Shown here one piece after another: positions 27,921 through 39,500 of a stretch of 64,000 nucleotides of DNA. The notes beneath the pieces are model-generated. The model searched no databases. It was not told the origin of the DNA and worked only from the letters and a program-made list of their open reading frames with translations. The position numbers were made by a program, and so were the translations under genes. Every line of letters starts with the position of its first letter. The first letter of the stretch is position 1. Location: positions 86,199 to 150,198 of the forward strand of contig JBNGIO010006165.1 in the NCBI GenBank assembly GCA_049999805.1, in the 5' to 3' direction. The stretch is from Folioceros fuciformis (taxonomy: Eukaryota).

Positions 27921-28872
27921 GTCGCAGGAGCTCTAAGCACAGCACCTGGGGGAGAGAGAGGTGAAAGGGGCCGACATGGCCAGGCCCGGGCCCGACTTCT
28001 GCATCCCATGCAGTTGCCCACGGGCGGGGATAAGGTGGCCGCTACCTGCAATCATGTTATGCTTCTCCTCCCACGCTACCCCCTCCTTCGTGCTGTACGA
28101 TGGAAGGCACAGCCAAGTAAGCCACTCCTTTTCCCAAGCAAGCACGGTTAGAGGAGTTAGGGCAAGTGCTTTGCCCGCCTTTCTTCTGCGCCTCTGCGCA
28201 AGCTCCAAGCTCCTCCCCCTTCCCGATAAATTCACGGCCATTGCCCGTACCCCAGAGGCCCTCCACCAACCCCGCTCGCAATCCAGCTTTTCCAGTCACC
28301 ACCTGCAAGTGCGTCTGAAGTGTGAAGACTCATTTCACTGCTGCCAGTGTAAGTACACAATACAGATCAGCATGGTACAGGCCTCGGTTGTCCATGATGC
28401 TGCCATACACCTGTGATAAAAATTTGCTCAAACTACTTCTGTGTCCCTCCTTCGTCACGCCTTGAACATGCTTCTCGCCATGGTGGATCCGCTGCTGCCG
28501 GAAAAGGCAGGTTGGGTGGCAACCGGCCAACACTTTTGGCGAACACACGTGAAAGAAACATGCAGAAATTGTGAAGGCCTGAATAGGGCGACCCGACGTT
28601 CCTTTCCTTCAACCACCAAGTCATACGTAAATACAGATAATTGGCTGAAATGGGGAAAAGAAAGGCTTCGTCCTTCGGGGGTTGAGCATGTGAGGCCGGA
28701 AGAGTAGCTAGCTAGATCGGGAGAGACTCCGAGAGCTCAAACACCAGAAGTGACGTAAGCAAGGCCTCAAAGAAGGCTTGAGCGTGATTTTGCGAGGTTG
28801 CAACGTGAGCTCCGTGAAGAGTCAGATTCTGCATCTCGTGAAAGCAGCGTCTGTCTGTCGGGTACGGCGCAC

Positions 28873-29730
28873 ATGGCGCAACAGTTCAATCCTTCTCCGG
28901 TTGTCCATGAGAGGAAGGCGCGGCCGGCCAAGGTCTCCATAACGAAGCCGGATGACGAAGATGTGGTGTGGGACAGCGAGGAGGTTTTCGATATCCTTTT
29001 CAGAATTAGGGATGCAGTCATGAAGATGCTGGAGAGACAAATTTGATTGTTCTTCTTTGACCTTAGGCACAGCTTGTCAGAGACATACAGGACCCCGAGC
29101 ACCCGTACTCTTTGGAGCAGCTGAATGTTGTTTCTGAAGACTCAATCTTCGTGGATGACAAGACCAGCCGCGTGACGTGTGTGACCATGTTCCTCTTCAG
29201 CCTGGATACGCCACCGTGATTGGAGATACTGAAAGCTGTTGCTTGCTTGTTTTGCAGAATTACATTCACTCCTACCGTGCAACATTGTGGCATGGCCCCG
29301 CTGATCGGGTTATGTTTGAGAGCCAGGCTCTCGCGGTCGCTCCCTCAGAGATTCAAGGTTTGAAGTGTCAATTTCTAAATTTTGGTGGATGGATTGTTTT
29401 GAGGTCACGAGCCGGTCTTACGTGATTTTGCTGTTGTACTGCCATGTCTTGCTGAGTAGGTTGACATCAAACTAGCCCCAGGCTCTCACTATACTGAAGC
29501 ATCAGGTAGCTCATCTTTCTTTGCCGATGTTTCGTGTTATGTGGCCTGGAGAACTAGTCTCTATTACTTGGTGTTGGACGTAATCTCATGAGAACAATAC
29601 GTATCTGAACTGCCGCACTATGTCTACAGTGAATAAGCAATTGAACGACAAAGAGCGGTTGGCGGCAGCTTATGAAAACCCTCATTTGGCACAAACGGTC
29701 GCAATGTGTCTCTCTTCTTGTTCGGACTGA
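28873..29730 (+). CDS. AE7: AE7 / MIP18 / CIA2 cytosolic Fe-S assembly protein, 5 exons (not recovered as a coherent ORF by the ORF track)
   Basis: [88 protein letters not shown]. The first intron is AT-AC. Confidence 0.92.
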
Positions 29731-29821
29731 GAACCATGTTCAAAGCGGAGAGCTCTTGACATAAAAGTTGAATAACTATGTTGTGAGAGTAAACTGTATC
29801 GCCAGCATTGTCCAGTCATTA

Positions 29822-29947
29822 TTCTCAATCTGGTGGACTGGACTTTGTTCTCAATCTGGTGGACTGGACATTGTTCTCAATCTGGTGGACTGGACACTGT
29901 TCTCAATTTGGTGGACTGGACATTGTTCTCAATCTGGTGGACTGGAG
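29822..29947. repeat. 26-bp tandem repeat, 5 copies
   Basis: Unit TTCTCAATCTGGTGGACTGGACATTG. Confidence 0.9.
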
Positions 29948-30006
29948 GGCTACTTCAGCGTCCAGTCCTGTGATGTTCGATAAGGTGATAGACTTAAAGC
30001 ATATGC

Positions 30007-30413
30007 CTGGTATGTGAGACTGACTGCCACTTCAGCCACCCTGGTATGTGAGATTGACTGCCACTTCGGCCACCTTGGTATGTGAGATTGACTGCCACTT
30101 CNNNNNNNNNNTGACTGCCACTTCGGCCACCTTGGTATGTGAGATTGACTGCCACTTCAGCCACCTTGGTATGTGAGACTTGACTGCCACTTCGGCCACC
30201 CTCGTATGTGAGAGAGATTACCACTTCGGCCACCCTCGTATGTGAGAGAGATTGCCACTTCGGCCACCCTCTTATGTGAGAGAGATTGCCACTTCGGCCA
30301 CCCTCGTATGTGAGAGAGANNNNNNNNNNATTGCCACTTCGGCCACCCTCGTATGTGAGAGAGATTGCCACTTCGGTCACCCTCGTATGTGAGAGAGATT
30401 TCCACTTCGGCCA
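30007..30413. repeat. 33-35-bp minisatellite array spanning assembly gaps
   Basis: Unit CCCTCGTATGTGAGAGAGATTGCCACTTCGGCCA and variants, head-to-tail with no spacers. Confidence 0.9.
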
Positions 30414-32243
30414 ATGAACCTATGGGAAAAATGTCCTATGGTAGCCGTGGAGGCCTTGGCGCTGCGATTCATTTTTCTATCTCAAGCATGTTGGAGGGTT
30501 TTGTCACGGACCATTCCTTCTTGAAAAGTCTTTCTTAAGAGATCATTTCCCCTTCAAGAATTCCTTAGGAGGACTTAGTATATCTTATCTTGCAAGCTCA
30601 ATTGGTCATGTCTTCCCTTTCCTGAAGAGATCCTTACAAGCTCGATTGATATGCTTTCTTTTTCCTTCTTCTTTCCTTTGTGGGNNNNNNNNNNTTGATA
30701 TGCTTTCTTTTTCCTTCTTCTTTCCTTTGTGGGGTATGAAGGGGCTTCAGGCCATCTCATGGAAAAGTATTATGGGCAAGAGCTGTAAGCTCGTATACTA
30801 ATTCCTCCATTGACAAGCTCGCTCGGGTACACTTTCAATTCCAATTCCCTTCGGGGAAAGGCACTGGTTCTTGGTTGTTGGTCTCTTTATGCATCCAGAC
30901 TTTCCGAATTGCACTAGCTTCTTTTTTTTACCGTAATAAGGTTCCACCTTAGCTTGGTTCAATCGTTGGCCTGGTCTCTCTCTTCTTGTAGCTGTGGGTC
31001 TCCTCGATGACCCTGGGAGCCACCTATTATGTTGCCTTATTGGTGGGCAGTAAGGGACGTTATGTTTTCTTTTGGCCAAGGAGAATGCCTTCCTCCCTTA
31101 CAAGGAGCACCCAAATACTTTGCAAAATGGCGTTTCCTCATTGCAGATTTTTTCTTGACTAAGGGGAATCAAGTTTCTACTGCAGATGTGGTGGTCACAG
31201 ACCTCACTTGGAGAACCATTAGCAAGCACGTTATTATCGACCTCTGGGTTGGGTGATAGAAGAAAGTGTGACAAGGAAGACTTGCAAGTATAGGTCCCTG
31301 CAGTAAGCTCACTTGTTCATCCCCCTTGCTATTGAACGCATGGGGCCATAGGTAAGGATTTTACTAGGTTTTTAAAGACATGCGCGAAAGCCTATCATGT
31401 CAATAGCAGTGGCGTAAGGCTTCCCCTATCCGGTGTGGTAGCATTTTTCCAACAATGAGTTTCGATTGTGCTACAAAAGGCCTTGGCAAACACAATTTTC
31501 GAACAACATCAAGCGCAGCAAATGCGGCTTCCGCAGCCCCGGTGGTAAGTAAGCCATACCTTATACCCGAATGTGACATCTTAGGGGCAATAGGGAGTTG
31601 CAGGCTAGACGAATGAGGGGATTAAGTCCCCATTCTTGGCTTTTCCCCGTTGTGGGTTGTTCGCCTTGTCACGGGGTAGATGGAACTTCCTTTTTTTTTT
31701 TTCTATAAAGTCTTCAAATTTTTTTATTAGATTCAAAAGATAGCCATTTTTACCGAAACCTAAGTGTGTTGCTATCTTAAAAGGTGTTGTTCACGATAAC
31801 TTAGGCCCACAAGTCTAATGGGTGCTGGAGTCGATGTTGAGACGTTTCCTGTATAACGTAGACAAACATCAATTTGCAGATGGAACTACGGAATTTGAGT
31901 GCCATTGGCCATGGCCCTAGTGAACTGTGTAGCAACAAAGGCGGGAAAAAGCAACAATGTTGTTGTGCCATTGCAGCTTTCGCCTGGTACACTAAGGCCG
32001 TCTTACAACCGTATTTGAACTGAGTCGGCAGTTAGTCCTTGGCTGGCAGCGGATGTCCAAGAGCGCCACAAATGAACGCCGATGACTCTGCTGATCAGTT
32101 TGTCTCCCGTTGTCGCATTATATGTACAGAATACAGACCAGTGGAAACCGCTATGACTACCACGTAAGTAGACCAAAACTGCGATAGCTCTCTGCCCTTC
32201 ATGAGCAAGCAAACAGGAAGGTTTGACTGGCCCGCCGGCTCCG

Positions 32244-35200
32244 CTAGCAAACCGAAGAGACCTGGCCCCGCAAGTCCAACCCCGGCATCCCTTTGGCCCG
32301 CAACAGAGATCCGTCGGGGCCCAGCAGACCCCCTCCTCCAGGAAGCACCAACGAGCTGGAGGGGCTCGGCTTGACGCTCGTGCCCTGGGTGCCCTCGCCC
32401 TCTTTCACTCTCTGCACGTACTCGAAGAACTCGGCCACCTGTCTCGCGTACCTGCGAATGGCGTTCGGCAAATGGGTCAGAAAAGTGAAGCCCAACTGTA
32501 CGGGAGTTTTGGCCAGGACAGACAAGCAACGTCCACTTACTCGGCCTTAGCCTCCAGATCCTTGCTGAAATCGATGTTAGGCTCGCAGTCCAGCACAAGC
32601 GCTGGGACCTGTCGGCAAGACAAAGTGAAAGAGTGAACAAGTGTAACGTTTTCCCAGGATTCGGCATCCCATTAGCGTGAATGATGAGACCCAGCCTACC
32701 TTTTGTATGCATGAGTGAACATTTTCTCCCTGCAAGTAAAATACCCGATCTTTGATCCTCGAGGGTAGAACTTGCTCTCTCGCCCTCGGCCACTCGCTCA
32801 CCGAGAACATGTTCCGTTCGGGCCTCTCAGCCGGAAACAGCCACTGTTCATGCTTCTCATGAAGGCCCCTCAAGTACTCCAGTGTCACAGTCTGTTCTTC
32901 TGGTCTTTTCCGCATCTGTAACCGCCGATGACATGTATCTGGGCTGGCTCGCATGTAGATGAATGCGTCCGGGACCAGCCCAGGCAGCGCTGACACCACA
33001 GGATCAAACCAGGAATCATATATGCTGATCTCCATTTCGCTCATCCATTTTGCCTCGTGCACAGCACGAACAAACACCTGAGGCAGACAAGTCCCATCAC
33101 TCGTAAGCGACAATAGCTTCACTGCTGGAACAAAAAGTACACAACACACCTTGATAATACTAGTGGCAGTCCCCAGGCCAAGGAACAAACACAATTACAA
33201 CTTGGCCTGCGTGCTCCCTTACCATGCGGTCACTGAACACACTCCTTTCCATCAACCTCAGAGGCTTCAGCCCTTTAGCTGATTCCCTTTCCTGCATAAA
33301 TCGGGTGACAAATACATAGTTTTGAAATGTGTAAGCATATCGCTGTGGCTCCTCGTAGAAGGCATTCAGAATGTTGAAGTGATCTGGGCCTATGTCTTGC
33401 CACTTTCCAACCGGTTCTGGCACAACTTCTACAAGATCCCGCAACTCCAGCGTCTCATTTGCTATCCTCTGCAAAAATGTTGTTTTGCCCACACTGATAT
33501 TCCCTTCTACACAAAAAGTGAGCCTCTTCTTTTGTCGAATTCCATTTTCCCCCGTCCCTGAACTTTCCTCCTTATCCAATTCCCCATCAACTGTCTCTTT
33601 GATGTAAGATGCTATACTCATCGCATGGTTCTTGTGAATGATACCAATAGAACTCTTGAGGTACTCAACCATCTTATCTTCCTTCTCGTCCCTAAACTGC
33701 AAGAAACACGACACGAATCAGCAACAGAAAGGCACCTCAAAGTTTATCCACAACAAATGAGCAAACAATTGATCACACATGTCACATCTACTAACAATTG
33801 AACAACTTGCCAACGACTTATATGGCACTCCCGCTCGCATGACTCACCTTGTCCCGGTATAATTGTTTCAGTTCTTCCACCTTCAAAATACCTTTCGCAA
33901 TGAACTTCTCCATGTTGCGGGGCCCGATTCCAGGCACAGTCAGCAGGTCCTGCAACTCTGCGGGCTGCTTTGGAAACGAGCCTGCCACACGTCGCCTCCT
34001 CTCTGCCGGGATGCGTGTCTTCTCAGGACTCGGAGCAACTTCTTCAGAGGATGATGCTCCCTTCAATTGCCCCAAACTAATATCTAGGATACCTGCGTCT
34101 GAATCTGAAATCACGACATCAACCTGTGGCCAATCATCGGCTTCAGTGGCCCACCTTTCTGCGCTCCCAATTCTCGGCACGGGCGCCTCGTTTTCATCAG
34201 TTGCCTTTGAACCCACCGAAATCTTCTCAGGTTCAACAGTACCCCGCACACCACTCTCCACCTTGGTACCTAGGCTTCCAGCTGAGTGTTGCTCCTCTTC
34301 GTTTCGGTTGCACAAAAGAATTGACGTCTGACCGTCATCCCACAAGCCAGCATTAGACTGGGATCCAGAGTCACTTTGAACCTCTGAGATCAAAGACCTT
34401 GTCACCACGCTTGCTGACGTGGCACCCTCTTTCTCATCCGGATCAGCCAAAGATCTCAAATTCGCCCTCCTTTCATCCAGCGCAGTTTCAGAGCTCGTGA
34501 CTACACTCTCTAGGTTACACTCCTTCACACCATCCTTCGAGTTACGGGAAAGAATTGCTTCACCGTCGACTATCTCAGACCTTGTGGTCCTGGTATCCAA
34601 TCTCAAGCTCTCCCCTTCCTCTTCACCAGCCTCCATCCTCACCACCGTCCTACTGCACATTGTTCCCTCGCTTCGATCTGCAGTCAGGATTCCTGATCTA
34701 ACTGCATTCCTTTCATCGCCACAGTTCTTCAGCATAGAGAGAATTTCCCTTATTTCCTCTGTACTCATTTCAATCGGAGGAAGCCATGAGCTAGGTCTCA
34801 TGTCAACAGGATCCGTGCCGCCAACAATACTCTCAGAAGTGCCTAACTCTTCGACGGTATGTGATCTTGCATCTGCTGTTGTATTCTCGCATTCATGTCC
34901 GCAAACCCCCAGAATCTTATTCTCCCGTCCCGTAGCCTCGGCACCAGACTCTAACCTGGACGCAAGTGTGTCCGACACCCTTGCACCGAATTGATCGCCA
35001 GTATTCAACCTGGAACCCGAGTCCTCTGGGCGCGGCACCTGGTCAGGACGCAAGGCCGCACCGTCCGCTCTGCCTTCAGCCGAAGCAGCCTGCCTTTTAT
35101 CCTCTTCCCCTTTCCATCCAGCCAGAACGTTTGTAACGCCAGTATCTGTAGACCCCAACAGGTTTCTGAGCAAACCCATTGCCTTCGCACCCCAACCTTC

Positions 35201-35848
35201 CACCACCTTCCCATTCTCATCAATCACTTTCACACCAACACTCTCAGGCACTGAGATTTCGATCTGGTTAGCAAGCACAGCATTCGATACCTCTTCAGCA
35301 TCCGGAGCACCACGTACTTCTGCCCTCCCATCGACCACATTTTCAGTTTTGACATTCCGACCACCAGAATCTGACAGCTCGGACCTGGGCCCCTCCTGTG
35401 AGAGCCTCGCCACAGAATGACCAGCCCTGCCATGTTTGACAGCCCAGGACCCACGGAGTGCGGAAGAATGGAAGGGAAATCCGTCCTTCAATTCCGCCCG
35501 CGCTTGCCGGACCACATCAACACCAGCAACATGCCCGACTGAAAACTCGACAGCACATGAAACAAACCGCAGTTCATCACATTCAGCCTGACTCGAGAAG
35601 AATGTTCCACCTCTCGGCCCCTGCATGGAAGAAGGAAGACCATTACAAGAAGCGACACGGACGCTCCTCTGTCGAACACGCCTTTGTCCATCGCTATGCA
35701 AGGTCCTCCTTCCACCGAACACCTCCAAGGATGGCACCTGACGCTTGGCAATAGTTGAAGAGGACTGGAGGGGCACTGGAGCCGGCATGGTGTCAAGCAA
35801 GGCCCTTGCTGTCTGGCAACGTAGCCTTGGTGCTCGTAAGTATGGCAT
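32244..35848 (-). CDS. dNK: Multisubstrate deoxyribonucleoside kinase with HhH motif and long N-terminal extension
   Basis: LLTVPGIGPRN (HhH), VEGNISVGKTT, VPEPVGKW, MERSVFSDRMVF, YMRASPDTC, YLRGLHEKHEQW. The start codon is uncertain. Confidence 0.9.
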
Positions 35849-36300
35849 TAGTAACCTCCACTCATAGCTTGGCTCATCCCACCCTGGTCCGCATTTCACG
35901 CTCCACCTCCACCTCCTAAGCACGCTTTGCTAATCGGGAGTCCTTCAATGCACTTCCCACCCTCCTAAAGTAGCCCCCCCACCTTCAATTCATGCAGCAA
36001 CGTACTTGTCCGCCATCACCCTCATCATGGAAGGGATAAATTGCAAGATTTCGGCAAGATCTTCCTTCTCAATCCGGTGCAGGAATTGGCCCAGGACATC
36101 CTGTCCAACCGTGAGTCCCAAAAAGCTGAATCGATTTGCTTGAAAAACTTCTGGCGATTGCTGTTACAACAACACAACCTGAAAACCAAATGTTGAGCCA
36201 GTTCGAAAGGAGTCCCACGCGGGCTGCGGCGGTGTGTGATCCCAGCAATCCAAATCGCCCCTGTTGTGGCTACAAAAGAACCACGAAGTCGACGTCAGCT

Positions 36301-36427
36301 AAACCCTAAACCCTAAACTCCTGATGCTGTGGACGGAAACTTGACATCCTGTCTCGTTAACTCTCGGCCGCCGTAGGGTGGCGGCGCTTCTGTCCGATTG
36401 GCCAGTCTGGCTTGCTCTGTTTGGCGC
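36301..36427. promoter_or_regulatory. Telo-box tandem (AAACCCTAAACCCTAAA) and E2F-like TTTGGCGC in the dNK/MSH5 divergent intergenic region
   Basis: Motifs at 36301-36317 and 36420-36427. Confidence 0.45.
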
Positions 36428-36501
36428 ATTCAGCGGTTTCGATTCCGTTTTTCTTGACTTACCGGCTGATCTGTCCTTCCTACTGTCCTGGAGCATTTTC
36501 A

Positions 36502-39500
36502 ATGGCATTCCCTCGCGGTTCTAAGAGAACTGTGTGTGGCCTCCCAGTAAGTCCGTCGAACGCTTTCATATCGGCATCCAGCCTGCAGAATCCAAGCTGC
36601 ACCTCTCCTCTTGAAACGGGAGCTGCCAGTCCTGAGCCGGAGGAGGTGGATGACTCGGTCAATGCCTATACGTCGCAGGTCTGAACTTCATACAATTCCC
36701 TGGAAAGACATCACCCCAGACTGTCTTGAGAACGGACGATCGAGTCAAGTTACAATCCTGCATTCACTTCAAGTGCGGCCGCATACTTGAAAACCATGCG
36801 AGGTCGCAAAAGGAGCGTGACTTGTTTGCTCTCTGTTTTGGCAGATTTTCATGGCAGCTTTGCAACAAGGAAACAGGTGATCTGAAGGGATAGAGCATCG
36901 AATTGGATGACAGTATGAGGAAAGAAGAATTTAGTAAAACGCTCGCAATTTCGCTTCAGGATCGGGATCTCCTTCTACAACGCAGATACGCGACAGTTGC
37001 TCGTTCTGGACACTTGGGAAGACGCTTCTGAAGATTTCCCGACATTGCAGCTATGTCAGTATTCTATGTCCAATTGAGAAGCTGATTTTGCATTCTGCGG
37101 TTCAGGAAGCCACAAATTCGACTCCGCTCTTTGCCATACATTACTTGAGCCAAATGCTTACACAGCGAACTTATCGACTAGGGATTGTTTTCGCCCGTTT
37201 TAATTCCCTTCTCCCTTTCTTGTCGGGGTCGTGATATCGCATCAGTAAAGTACCAGGAGCAGCCAATGATCATTTACACGAGCTCGAAAATGGACGAAAC
37301 ATTTGTTGCGGCACTCGAGAAGACAGGTTGTAACTGCAGACAGAGGCACTGCAAATCCGCAGAATTCATGACGGAACACTCTAAGACGGTGGCTTAATTT
37401 CTTCGTCGCTGCACAGTCTCTGCCGATGAGCGCCCTGAAGTGAAGATCGTGAAGAGCTCCGTTTTTGCCTATGAGCAGGCCCGGCACCGGTCAGATATTG
37501 ATTTTGATGGCATCATTTTCGTGTATACTCGCGTACCAACATTCGACATACGCTGCAGACTGGCGTATTTACGAATATCGGGAATGCCTCCAGAACTGAA
37601 CGACAAGGAGAGAATGCAAGTTGTACGTCTCCAACCTTCTTCGAGGCTCTCTGTCTTCATCTAGGGGTGCGATCACGTTCCTGAACGAAATCTAATGTAC
37701 GCAGCTGAGCACGATGATAAATATGGAGAGCGACATGCAAGTTCGCGCTGCAGGTGGGCTTCTAGTTATACTCGAGCAAGAGTCACTTATCTATCCTCTG
37801 CAGAATGAGGAGTATGACAGCAAGGAGATAGAAGTGACTGAGATCTCTGAGCTTTCTCTGTATCCTTCTTAAAACTAAATCCCCATGCCAAAGTTTTTCA
37901 TCGCTAGCAGACTCATGTTTAGAGATCTGCTATACTGAATTGCTTGTTGGATTTCAATTCCGATGCAGAAACGGATTTTTGAAGGTGGATGCAACAACCC
38001 ATGACGCGTTGCAGATCTTCCAGGTTGATAAGCATCCAAGTTTTATGGGTATAGGGCGAGCTAAGGAAGGGTAACCTGGCCTCGCATCATCAACCTTGAT
38101 GTAACTGAACAGACCTTCGAAAATTCTTAGACAAATGAGTTGGTCACATCGATCAGTTGCTTGGATGACAATCTACATGCAGGTTCTCAGTCTTCGGAAT
38201 GCTAAACAAGGTATGTGATGTCCAAGATGCGTTTCTCAAACAAAAACGGTATCTGAATGCGCAGCCGAGCAGATGTCTGAACAAGTTCCTAACGGTAACG
38301 TACTAAGTTGTCTCCTTCCCGTTTCAGTGTGTCACGATGGTTGGCCGGAGACTGATGAGGTAGATCTTCCAGTAACAGTGTTTATATGGAGCTCGTTACC
38401 TTGACTGAGGGCGAATGGCATCTCTTAATTGAGTCCGAGACGTTCTGTGAATACGGTCTTGGTGGTATGACTGTGCAGGCTGTGGTTCTTGAGGCCAATT
38501 CTTGATCTCGAAGTCGTTAACGACCGCCTCGACACAGTATCCAATTCTTCACATATAATATGCTGTGTACGGAATACTGATTTGAGCAAGATTAGCTTTA
38601 CAGATTCCCCTTGACCTGTTACCGGATATCGTTTCTGTTGGCTATGCCGGATCTGACATTTGCCCTACAAAGTGCATTAAAGCGGGTGAAGGATATCCCG
38701 CGTCTGCTGAAGGTACACGTCAAAAAACGCTAAAGCAATCTCTTGTACCAGGGTACGATGGTAAGTTCAAGGGATGTCTCTACTGAGCGTGGTGATCATT
38801 TGGACAATGAGTCCAGAAATTCAGCTCTCCAAGTTCACTTTCAACATCAAAGGACTGGCTTAAGTTTGTTGAGGTACGTAATGCTGTGAGCTGGGTGCAG
38901 TTGGGCATGAAACAAGACACAATGCAGTATCTGAAGCATCAGGTTGCTGACAGAGACCAGGGCTATGCTGTGTGGACTCAGTAAACATGATCTACATATG
39001 CATGGAAGTCATTCCTGGAGTCTAACTACCTTTTTCTGTTTTAGAGTGTCAGTTCTCTTCTGCAAATCAGAAAGATGCTCACAGTCACATTATCTCAAAG
39101 GCAAACAGATCAGGTTGCCGCTCTGAGATTGCGCATCGTTAGTAAGGTAATTGGTTGGAACATCAGGTACATGTTTGAGAAGTCCGAGATGGAGCTTTAC
39201 AACTTTAGGAAACAGAGCAGGCTAGTTAGGAGACGGTTCCGGAGTTTATGGAATGATTAATCTGACCTGTAAGCATACAGGTTGTGCAGTCACAAGACGG
39301 AGATCTCGGTCAAGTTCTTGAGCTGGTGGGTAACGAGATGGACGTTATGCTCATAGCTCAGTGTCTCAATCCGCTGTTCTTAACATAGTTGATTTGGCAA
39401 TAGATTAACGGGGTGATCGACTTTGAAGAAAGTTTAGGAGAAGCCTGTGACACCATGATCCGACGTGGCATATCTCAGGAGGTTCAGTAGACATGACCCC

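Noticed and set aside
29822-30413. CRISPR-like appearance of the 26-bp and 35-bp repeats
   Set aside because: Units are head-to-tail with no unique spacers, there are no cas genes, and the context is eukaryotic.
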